From an archaeon (GTDB lineage Archaea; Nanobdellota; Nanobdellia; SCGC-AAA011-G17; VGLX01), in NCBI GenBank assembly GCA_043810595.1, contig JBDRNX010000032.1, positions 38,219 through 102,218 of the forward strand: a stretch of 64,000 bases of DNA, read 5' to 3'. The notes below the pieces were generated by a model. That model had not been told where the DNA came from and made no database searches. It worked only from the letters and a program-made list of their open reading frames with translations. Positions 38,217-45,809 of this stretch are shown in pieces. The translations under genes were made by a program, and so were the position numbers. Every line of letters starts with the position of its first letter. Within the stretch, counting starts at the first letter, position 1.

Positions 38217-38519
38217 ATGCCTGCACCTATTGTTAAAATTTTATTTTTGTTAATTACTCTTGTATTTCTGTTGTTTAGCGGATGCGTGCAGCAAGGAAAA
38301 GATATAAAATCCATCTGTTGTGAACAATGTGTAGAGGCAGGTGAGGGTGATGTTCGTGGTTTTGACACCAGTTCTGAAACCTGCTCATATTATAGGGATG
38401 TTCCAGTATTTGAAAACGGGCTTCCTACCGATAGGAAACTATTTAGTTCTGAATGTGTGACTTATTTTAATAACAGTCCTATGACAGTTAGAGAATGTAA
38501 GGCAACCTTAGGAGAATAA
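38217..38519 (+). CDS. Small Cys-containing lipoprotein-like protein
   Basis: Signal peptide ending LFSGC. Overlaps the tRNA 3' end if the longer ORF start is used, so the internal Met at 38217 was taken. Confidence 0.35.
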   Translation: MPAPIVKILFLLITLVFLLFSGCVQQGKDIKSICCEQCVEAGEGDVRGFDTSSETCSYYRDVPVFENGLPTDRKLFSSECVTYFNNSPMTVRECKATLGE

Positions 38520-38575
38520 CCTAAGTTTGATTAATTTCACAATATTTATATACTTATTTCACTTAGTACCCTTTT

Positions 38576-38854
38576 ATGCCAAGACCTAAAAAAACTGAAT
38601 CTAGCGGACCAGTGCAAGTTGGTGAGGTTTTCACCTACTTTTCAAAGGTGGGTGTAGCGGGGATTAAGTTGACAGGTACCTTGAACGCAGGCGACAAGAT
38701 TCACATAAGGGGTGCAACAACTGATTTCGAACAGGCTGTTGCCTCTATGCAAATTGACCGTCAGCCTGTTCAGAGCGCCAGTAATGGCGACTCTATAGGT
38801 GTGAAGGTCAATGATGTTGTGAGACCTGGTGACAAGGTTTACAAGGTAGCATAA
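38576..38854 (+). CDS. Small beta-barrel protein resembling EF-Tu domain 2
   Basis: GEVFTYFSKVGVAGIKLTGTLNAGDKIHIRG...GDSIGVKVNDVVRPGDKVYKV pattern. Confidence 0.35.
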   Translation: MPRPKKTESSGPVQVGEVFTYFSKVGVAGIKLTGTLNAGDKIHIRGATTDFEQAVASMQIDRQPVQSASNGDSIGVKVNDVVRPGDKVYKVA

Positions 38855-38947
38855 GATTTATAAATCCTTTAAAATCAAGACTTTTGAGGATAGGTCGGTT
38901 TCGGCTTACCTATACCAGAAATAGTGGAACTATTTCTGTGTTTTAAA

Positions 38948-39403
38948 ATGGCAAGGATGTATTCAAGAAGGAAGGGTAAGGCTGGTAGTAAGAAGCCGGT
39001 CAAGAAAGTTAAGCCAATCTGGATTAGGTACGCTGCAAAGGAGATAGAGCAGCTTGTTGTTAAGCTTGTCAAGGCTGGTAAGAGCGCTTCTGAGATAGGT
39101 GTTATCCTCAGAGATACTTACGGCGTTCCTAATGTTAAAACTCTCACTAAGAAAAAGATTTCTAAAATTCTTGAGGAGAACAAGGTCGGGCCCAAGTTGC
39201 CCTATGACCTGGTTGCCCTTATCAAGAGGGATATTGCCATCATGAAGCACCTTGACACCAACAAGAAGGACATGACCGCAAGGCGTGGTTTGATGCTTAC
39301 AGAATCGAAGATTAGGAGGCTTACCAAGTATTACAAGAGAATTGGCAAGCTTCCGTCTGATTGGTCTTACGATAGGAGTAAGGCTAAGTTGTTGATTGAG
39401 TAA
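38948..39403 (+). CDS. rps15: Ribosomal protein S15 (S13e)
   Basis: MARMYSRRKGKAGSKKP N-terminus. ~151 aa. Confidence 0.85.
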   Translation: MARMYSRRKGKAGSKKPVKKVKPIWIRYAAKEIEQLVVKLVKAGKSASEIGVILRDTYGVPNVKTLTKKKISKILEENKVGPKLPYDLVALIKRDIAIMKHLDTNKKDMTARRGLMLTESKIRRLTKYYKRIGKLPSDWSYDRSKAKLLIE

Positions 39404-39423
39404 TTTTTTGTTTTTTTGATAAA

Positions 39424-40818
39424 ATGGGGTACGAGGAGTTTTTGGGGGGTGTGAAGAGTTCTGTCAATGCTTTCAAGAGATTGGAGAAGAATCCTATAAG
39501 GATTATATCCCATCTAGATTCAGATGGTCTTGCCTCCTGTTCTATACTGATTCGTGCTTTTGAGCGTGAGGATTACCCCTTCTCGATTTCAATCGTGAGG
39601 CAGCTTGATGCTTCTGTTTTGGAAGAGTTGAGTAGGGAGGATTACAAGATTTATTTTTTTACAGATTTGGGTTCTGGCTGTCTGAGTTTGATCCAGGAGA
39701 AGTTGCCTAAGCGCTCTATTTTTGTTTTGGATCATCACAAGCCTGAAGAATTCAAGCCTTCTTTCTTTCACGTGAATCCTTTGCTTTATGGTGTTGACGG
39801 TGATTGGGAGGTTTCCGGTGCTGGAATCACTTACCTTTTTGCCAAGGCCCTTAATGAGAACAATAAGGACATGGCTCACATAGCTATCGTTGGCGCCATC
39901 GGTGACATCCAGGAGAAGAAGGGTTTCATCGGCTTGAATAGTTACATCTTGGAAGATGCTGTCGACTCTGGTAAGATGGAAGTGAAGCAGGGTTTGTCCA
40001 TGTTTGGTATGCAGACGAGACCTCTGCACAAGGTGTTGGAATTTAGTACCGACCCTTACATTCCAGGTGTTACTGGCAATGAGGCTGGCGCGGTTCAGTT
40101 TTTGCAGGAGTTGGGTATTGAGATCCATGATAAGCACGGCTACAAGAAGCTTATTCATCTTGACGAGAAGGATATGAAGAAGTTGGTTACCGGTATTATC
40201 CTTAAGCGTCTGGGTTCTGAGAAGAATCCCGATGATGTTTTGGGTCCTATTTTCATTTTGAGGGAGGAGGCTGAGGGCAGCCCTACTAAAGATGCTAAGG
40301 AGTTTTCCACTTTGTTGAATGCCTGTGGCCGTTTGAATAAACCCTCTTATGGGGTTGGCGCTTGTCTCGGTAGTAAGAACATAAGGGAGAAGGCCGTCAA
40401 CCTGATGGGGGATTACAAGGGCGAGATAATAAAGTCTCTTAACTGGTTCTACGCTAACAGGAAAACTGAAAGCGTTATCGAGAAGGAAGGCTATGCTATC
40501 ATAAATGCCGAAGACCACGTCCCTGAACGCTTGATTGGTACTCTCGCTTCTATAATCTCAAGGACTAACATTTATCCTGCGCACACTATTTTGATGTCGA
40601 TGGCTCATACGGTTGATGGGAACACAAAGGTTAGCATGAGGATGGTGGGTTTTGACTCTAAGATTGATTTGAGGAATATTGTAAATGCGATTGTTAAGCA
40701 TACCGGTGGTCAAGCTGGCGGTCATCGCCTCGCTTGCGGCTGTTTGGTTCAGCAGGAGAAAGAGCTGGAATTTATCAAGATAGCCGATGAGGTTCTTTCA
40801 AAACATTTTTCTAAATAG
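39424..40818 (+). CDS. RecJ-like DHH-family ssDNA exonuclease (GAN/Cdc45-like)
   Basis: DHH motifs (ISHLDSDGLAS, DHH at VLDHHKP, GGH at GGQAGGH). Conserved position next to rps15. Confidence 0.7.
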   Translation: MGYEEFLGGVKSSVNAFKRLEKNPIRIISHLDSDGLASCSILIRAFEREDYPFSISIVRQLDASVLEELSREDYKIYFFTDLGSGCLSLIQEKLPKRSIFVLDHHKPEEFKPSFFHVNPLLYGVDGDWEVSGAGITYLFAKALNENNKDMAHIAIVGAIGDIQEKKGFIGLNSYILEDAVDSGKMEVKQGLSMFGMQTRPLHKVLEFSTDPYIPGVTGNEAGAVQFLQELGIEIHDKHGYKKLIHLDEKDMKKLVTGIILKRLGSEKNPDDVLGPIFILREEAEGSPTKDAKEFSTLLNACGRLNKPSYGVGACLGSKNIREKAVNLMGDYKGEIIKSLNWFYANRKTESVIEKEGYAIINAEDHVPERLIGTLASIISRTNIYPAHTILMSMAHTVDGNTKVSMRMVGFDSKIDLRNIVNAIVKHTGGQAGGHRLACGCLVQQEKELEFIKIADEVLSKHFSK

Positions 40819-40857
40819 AAAGTTTTATTAACCCTGTTTTTTGAAATTTCTGTTACG

Positions 40858-41418
40858 ATGGCCCAATTGGTTGTTAAGAAGAAAAAGAAAGTTTGGTTTA
40901 ATATAATCTCTCCTAAAGAGTTTGGAGAATTTACTATTGCGGAGACTCTTGCTTCAGAGCCTAACCTGCTGGTTGGCAGGTATGTCAAGGCTAGCTTGAT
41001 GGACCTAACAAACGACCCTAAGAAGCAGAACGTTCAGATTACTTTCAAGATTACCTCTGTTAAGGAGAATGCTGCTGACACAGAGTTGGTTCGTTACGAG
41101 TTGATGCCTTCTTACATAAGGCGTTTGATGAGGAAAGAAAGGGACAAGGTTGAGGATTCTTTTGTCGTTCAAAGCAAAGATAATGTGAAGGTTAGGATTA
41201 AGCCTATTATAATTACCAAGGGTAAAACACAGAATTCTGTTCTAACAGCAATAAGGAAAAAGACTCAGGAGGTTATCTCCGAGGTTTTGAAAGAGCAGAA
41301 CTATTACGATTTCGTTTCTGAGGCCATCTCAACCAAGACTCAGAAATCTTTGAGGGAACAGTTGAAAAAGATTTACCCCATTGCTGTGTTGGAGTTCAAA
41401 GTTGTTGAAAAGGTGTGA
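40858..41418 (+). CDS. rps3ae: Ribosomal protein S3Ae (S1e)
   Basis: KKKKKVWFNIISPKEFGEF and following S3Ae-family sequence. Confidence 0.85.
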   Translation: MAQLVVKKKKKVWFNIISPKEFGEFTIAETLASEPNLLVGRYVKASLMDLTNDPKKQNVQITFKITSVKENAADTELVRYELMPSYIRRLMRKERDKVEDSFVVQSKDNVKVRIKPIIITKGKTQNSVLTAIRKKTQEVISEVLKEQNYYDFVSEAISTKTQKSLREQLKKIYPIAVLEFKVVEKV

Positions 41419-41609
41419 CGATGCCTAAGCCGGTTGTGGATAAAAAGAAGTGTAAAGGTGACTTTCTCTGTGTTGAGGTTTGTCCTGTTTCGGTTTTTGA
41501 AAAAGACGAAAAAAATAAAAAAGTTAAAGTAGTTAAACCCAATGATTGTATAGGTTGTAGGGCATGTGAAGTCCAGTGCCCTGAGGGCGCAATAAAAATC
41601 GAGGATTGA
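41415..41609 (+). CDS. 4Fe-4S ferredoxin
   Basis: Two CxxCxxCxxxCP clusters (CKGDFLCVEVCP, CIGCRACEVQCP). Confidence 0.7.
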   Translation: MTMPKPVVDKKKCKGDFLCVEVCPVSVFEKDEKNKKVKVVKPNDCIGCRACEVQCPEGAIKIED

Positions 41610-41680
41610 AGTGATATGTGTTATTGGTCAGGTTGAAAATAGAACTTTTTCTTATGTGAGTAATCTTATTTTTTTAGGAG

Positions 41681-42064
41681 GTGATAAACTTGTTTGAGAT
41701 TGATACTTTGCACTTGATCATAGACGGCAACGGTTGTAATGTTGACAGCTTGGGGGATTTGGAAGGAGTTTACGACTTTCTTGATGAAATCCCTTTAAGG
41801 ATAGGTATGACAAAGATGATACAGCCTTACGTTGTAAAATGGAAGGATAAAGGTTCTGCTTTGGAGGGTGTTACCGGTTTTGTTACAATAGCCGAGTCCC
41901 ATATTTCTGTGCATACCTTCCCTGATAATGCTAGGGTTTACGTCGATATTTTTTCATGCAAGCATTTTGATAAGGAGAAAGTTCTTCAGATATTCAAGGA
42001 GCATTTTGAGCCTGAGAAGGTAGAGTTTAAGGTTGTCAGGGAACACGAAGGGGTAATCCCCTGA
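41681..42064 (+). CDS. speH: S-adenosylmethionine decarboxylase proenzyme (SpeH-type)
   Basis: FVTIAESHISVHTFPD processing and active-site motif. GTG or downstream TTG start after AGGAGGT. Confidence 0.65.
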   Translation: MINLFEIDTLHLIIDGNGCNVDSLGDLEGVYDFLDEIPLRIGMTKMIQPYVVKWKDKGSALEGVTGFVTIAESHISVHTFPDNARVYVDIFSCKHFDKEKVLQIFKEHFEPEKVEFKVVREHEGVIP

Positions 42065-42070
42065 TCAGTA

Positions 42071-42694
42071 TTAGGTTGTGTTATTTCTTCTTTTTAAGTA
42101 ATTTTTGTATATCCTCCATGCATAATAGGTCACTGCAGCAAGTATTATTATTATAAGCACCAAGTCTATTTTTGTTGAATACTTTTGTATTAACTGCCAA
42201 TTTTCTCCTAACTTTAAGCCAGCGTACATAAGTATGCTGTTCCACATCAAAGATCCGATAAAGGTATATACTGAGAATTTTGTGATGTTCATCTTTCCAA
42301 TGCCTGCTGGTATGGATATGAAGTGTCTTACTATCGGTATGAATCTGCTGATGAATATGGTTTTTTCTCCGTATTTGTTGAACCATCTTTCCGTCCACTT
42401 GAGATGCCCCTCGTCAAGCAGCAAGTATTTTCCTACTTTCTTCACAAGTATATTCCCTCCGTAGTACCCCATGTAGTATGATATTAGTGCCCCGATTAAA
42501 CATCCTACCGCGCTTACTATCGCTGCTGTAAAGAATGAGAATTTTCCTTGTGCTACTAAGTAGCCTACGAACGGCATTACAGCTTCTGAGGGCACAGGGG
42601 TAAGCATGCTTTCCAGCGCCATCAGTATCGCTATCCCGGGGTAGCCTATTGCGGTTATTACGCTTGTTATTATGTCTACTAACTGTTGTATCAT
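42071..42694 (-). CDS. DedA-family (SNARE-associated) membrane protein
   Basis: VPSEAVMPFVGYL motif. Polytopic. Confidence 0.65.
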   Translation of the reverse strand: MIQQLVDIITSVITAIGYPGIAILMALESMLTPVPSEAVMPFVGYLVAQGKFSFFTAAIVSAVGCLIGALISYYMGYYGGNILVKKVGKYLLLDEGHLKWTERWFNKYGEKTIFISRFIPIVRHFISIPAGIGKMNITKFSVYTFIGSLMWNSILMYAGLKLGENWQLIQKYSTKIDLVLIIIILAAVTYYAWRIYKNYLKRRNNTT

Positions 42695-42798
42695 CTTCTC
42701 TTAAAAAATTTTGTTCGGTTTATAATTGTTTCTAAAAGGAAAAGTTTATATATTAGTTATGAATATATATTCATTATAAACATGGGAGGTATTTGAAA

Positions 42799-43047
42799 AT
42801 GCCAGCATTTGATGGAACAGGACCTTATGGAACCGGACCTGTTGGGTTAGGCCTTGGACCATGCGGTAGGGGCTTAGCTTTCAGGAGGGGTTATGGAAGA
42901 GAGTTTGGTTGGAGACACTGGCGTAGGCTTCCGATTGAAGAAGTAACCTTGACCAAAGAAGAAGAAAAGAAGATATTAGAAGCTGAGATGAAAGAGATTG
43001 AAGCTGAAAAAGAATCTATCGAGAAAAGACTTGAAGAGTTGAAATAA
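42799..43047 (+). CDS. Gly/Pro-rich coiled-coil small protein (DUF5320-like)
   Basis: GTGPYGTGPVGLGLGPCGRG N-terminus. Stop abuts the start of the next gene (TAAATG). Confidence 0.4.
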   Translation: MPAFDGTGPYGTGPVGLGLGPCGRGLAFRRGYGREFGWRHWRRLPIEEVTLTKEEEKKILEAEMKEIEAEKESIEKRLEELK

Positions 43048-43509
43048 ATGCCGAGACCGAGGATTTGCAGAAGAGTTCATTTCCAACCTAATGTAACCTA
43101 TTTCAAGCCAGCAGGAGTGAGGCTTATTCACTTAGATGAATCTGTAATTAGCATCGATGAATTAGAGGCGGTTAGGCTAAAAGATTTGCTTCAGCTTGAT
43201 CAGGAAATTGCAGCAAAAAAGATGAATATCTCACAGCCAACATTTCACCGCCTTGTAACTTCTGCTAGGAAGAAGATAGCTGATGCCATAATAAATGGAA
43301 AGGCAATAAGAATAGAAGGAGGTAATTTCAAGATGGTAGAACTGCCCAAAAGAAAATTTAAGTGTTACGATTGCGCTTACGAATGGACATTGCCTTATGG
43401 AAGCGGAAGGCCACCAGCATGCCCCAAATGCGGATCTAAAAATGTTCACAGACACCCCGAGGACAGGGGTCCACAAAGAGGTCGCGGTATGAGAATGGGA
43501 AGGCCTTAA
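43048..43509 (+). CDS. DUF134/UPF0251-family putative DNA-binding protein with C-terminal Zn ribbon
   Basis: MPRPRICRRV...YFKPAG...LDESVISIDELEAVRLKDLLQLDQEIAAKKMNISQPTFHRLVTSARKKIADAIING. CxxC...CPKCG at the C-terminus. Confidence 0.55.
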   Translation: MPRPRICRRVHFQPNVTYFKPAGVRLIHLDESVISIDELEAVRLKDLLQLDQEIAAKKMNISQPTFHRLVTSARKKIADAIINGKAIRIEGGNFKMVELPKRKFKCYDCAYEWTLPYGSGRPPACPKCGSKNVHRHPEDRGPQRGRGMRMGRP

Positions 43510-43541
43510 CTTTTTCTTTTTTTTATTTGTAGTAGAAAAGC

Positions 43542-43548
43542 TTTTAAA
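43542..43548 (+). promoter_or_regulatory. Putative archaeal TATA box for the tRNA pair
   Basis: TTTTAAA centred about 28 nt upstream of the first tRNA 5' end. Same spacing as the TTTAAAA elements upstream of the other four tRNAs (9660-9667, 52478-52484, 52987-52995). Confidence 0.4.
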
Positions 43549-43572
43549 CGATTTTCTTAACTTTTTTAGTAT

Positions 43573-43686
43573 GCCTCAGTAGCTCAGTCAGAAGAGCGAA
43601 AAATTCACTTGATGGATTTGCTCAGCTGCCTTGTAACTGAGCCGGAAAGCAGTAGGTCGGGGGTGCGAATCCCTCCTGAGGCTCCA
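43573..43686 (+). tRNA. Intron-containing tRNA with genomically encoded CCA. Anticodon tentatively UGU (Thr); one or two introns.
   Basis: Hand-folded. Acceptor GCCTCAG/CTGAGGC. D-arm GCTC-AGTCAGAA-GAGC. T-arm GGGGG-TGCGAAT-CCCTC. 3' TCCA. ~38 extra nt between the D-arm and the variable loop. A TTTTAAA box lies about 28 nt upstream. Confidence 0.55.
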
Positions 43687-43687
43687 T

Positions 43688-43759
43688 GGGCTCGTAGTCT
43701 AGTGGTATGACGTCGCCTTGACATGGCGGAGGTCGGGTGTTCGATCCACCCCGGGCCCA
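43688..43759 (+). tRNA. tRNA-Val(GAC)
   Basis: Hand-folded. Acceptor GGGCTCG/CGGGCCC. Anticodon arm TCGCC-TTGACAT-GGCGG. T-arm GGGTG-TTCGATC-CACCC. Only 1 nt separates it from the preceding tRNA. Confidence 0.75.
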
Positions 43760-43814
43760 TTTTTCTCCTTTAATAAAGAAAGGTTTTTATATACCAAAAT
43801 TGTTATTTTTTATC

Positions 43815-45809
43815 ATGCGAAAAAGAGGTCAGGTGACCGCCTTTATCATCCTCGGCGTCATCATAGTTGCTTTGGTTGCCATCGGTATCTACTATCGAGA
43901 TTCTTTAATGGAGTCTCTTTCTTCTATTGGGGTCGTTGGCGGTGTAAAGGTTCCCGAGGAATTCCAAGAGATTAATTTTTACGTTGAGGATTGTGTTAAT
44001 GATATTTCCGAGGATGGCATAAGATTGTTGGGCTTGCAGGCTGGCTATCTTTCTATTCCAGAAGATTCTATTCCTGCCGGCCCAGCAAATCTTTTTTCCA
44101 ACCGATTGGGTGTTTTTCCCAACGGACATATGGAGGTGCCTTACTGGTTTTACGTTACAGCCAATAACATACCTAGGGACGCAACTCCTTCCATAGGTTC
44201 TATGGAACAAGGCCTTGCTACTTACATAGATTCCAATTTAGATGATTGTATCGATAATTTCACCGAGTTTGACAGGTTCAAAATAGCTCCGAGGAATCAT
44301 AAGACTTCTGTGAAGATTAAGAAGGATGCTGTTGATGTCGAAGTTTCATTCCCTATAACTGCGGAGCTGGATGATAAGGTTTACAACTTCAAAGAGTTCA
44401 AGGTTGAGGTTCCTGCTGCTCTGGGCAAGCTTTACAGCATGGCTTTGCAGATACAAGATAGTGAGAACACAGATTATTTCCTTGAGGATAAGACTTATGA
44501 CGTTCTTGTTTTGTATGAGGAGATTCCCTTATCTGAGACTGACTTTAGTTGTTCCCCTAGGATTTGGTCTAAGACTAAGGTTACTGAGGATTTCAAGAGA
44601 TTTCTCTCCTATAACGTTCCTGCGATAAAGGTGAAGGGTGCTGATTATAACATGTTGCCGGGTCGTAAGTACTTTGAGTGGGGTGCTTTGGAAACTTCTT
44701 ATCCTGACACGAGTGTTAATTTCATGTATTCTAGCTCTTGGCCCATCTACCTTGATGTCGTTCCTGCTGAGGGCGATGTTCTTAAGGGCGATGAGTTCTT
44801 GAGGGAGAATGCAGGTGAGGCACTTTCCTACCTCTCGTCTTTTGTGTGCATTAACCAGTATCATTTTATTTACGACATCAAGCATCCTGTTCTGGTTGTT
44901 TTACACGATGACGAATCTTTCGGTGGCCGGGGTTTGGACTTCCAGTTTGCTACCATGGTTGTTATCGATAACAATCAGCCTAGGGAGAACACGGCTCAAG
45001 ACTTGGGAATACCGGATGACGTTACTACCAATGAGATTTGCAAGTATGCGAGTTCAAAAATCACGATTAATGTTTTGAGACCTTCCTTTGGTGCGTTTGT
45101 TCCTGTTCCTGATGCGGATGTTTCTTACAAGTGTATCACCTCCCTTTGTGACATCGGTAAGACAGGCTCAGACGGTTCCATCACTGCCAACTTCCCTGCT
45201 TGTATTAACGGTGCTGTCATCGCCAAGAAGGACGGCTTCCATCAGGGTAAGACAACTCTTTCGACTAACGAGCCTGCAAGCACGTCTGTTATTATCGAAC
45301 CTTATTATGATTTGAATGTTGATGTTAGGGTTTTGAGTCCCTCTCCGAGAATTCCTTTGGCTACCGAGAAGATTGTTTTTAACTTCGTCAACGAGGAGGC
45401 TGGCTACTCGACCTCTTTCATCTATCCTGATGATAAAAAACTTAAGCTTATTTCAGGAGACTATGAGGTTACCTCCTACGTGGTTGAGGAAAGTCCGTTT
45501 GAGATCACGATACAAGGTCAAGATGTGGAGCACTGCACCACGGTCCCTAAGGGTATTTTGGGGATATTTGGTGTTGAGGAAGAGAAGTGTTCAAGTGTTA
45601 ACATCCCACCTACCAAGCTGAAGACTCTTATTAAGGGCGGAGCTAACTTTAAGTTCACTGTTAACAGGAATGATTTGGCGTCAGCCACTAGGGTAGTGCT
45701 TTACACAGTTTCTGAAAAAACGCCTAGTACCTATGAAGAGCTTGCTGACGTTTATTCAAGTCTTCAAGAGCAAAAGTCATATTTCATTTATCCGAGGTTT
45801 GAAAGATGA
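43815..45809 (+). CDS. Large (664 aa) secreted protein with pilin-like class III signal peptide
   Basis: MRKRGQVTAFIILGVIIVALVAIGIYY (KRG|Q then hydrophobic stretch). The longer ORF start would overlap tRNA-Val, so the ATG at 43815 was taken. Confidence 0.45.
   Translation: MRKRGQVTAFIILGVIIVALVAIGIYYRDSLMESLSSIGVVGGVKVPEEFQEINFYVEDCVNDISEDGIRLLGLQAGYLSIPEDSIPAGPANLFSNRLGVFPNGHMEVPYWFYVTANNIPRDATPSIGSMEQGLATYIDSNLDDCIDNFTEFDRFKIAPRNHKTSVKIKKDAVDVEVSFPITAELDDKVYNFKEFKVEVPAALGKLYSMALQIQDSENTDYFLEDKTYDVLVLYEEIPLSETDFSCSPRIWSKTKVTEDFKRFLSYNVPAIKVKGADYNMLPGRKYFEWGALETSYPDTSVNFMYSSSWPIYLDVVPAEGDVLKGDEFLRENAGEALSYLSSFVCINQYHFIYDIKHPVLVVLHDDESFGGRGLDFQFATMVVIDNNQPRENTAQDLGIPDDVTTNEICKYASSKITINVLRPSFGAFVPVPDADVSYKCITSLCDIGKTGSDGSITANFPACINGAVIAKKDGFHQGKTTLSTNEPASTSVIIEPYYDLNVDVRVLSPSPRIPLATEKIVFNFVNEEAGYSTSFIYPDDKKLKLISGDYEVTSYVVEESPFEITIQGQDVEHCTTVPKGILGIFGVEEEKCSSVNIPPTKLKTLIKGGANFKFTVNRNDLASATRVVLYTVSEKTPSTYEELADVYSSLQEQKSYFIYPRFER

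Noticed and set aside
42793-42798. TTG start proposed by the ORF track for the DUF5320-like gene, and similarly TTG or GTG starts at 9212, 5874 and 41681
   Set aside because: An ATG with better spacing to the GGAGGT ribosome-binding site lies 2-5 codons downstream in three cases. The annotated starts were moved accordingly. For 41681 the ORF-track start was kept, because the alternative there is a downstream TTG.
43718-43975. 85-aa ORF and the 5' extension of the 43737 ORF
   Set aside because: Both overlap tRNA-Val. The real start of the large gene is the ATG at 43815, which begins the pilin-like MRKRGQ N-terminus.
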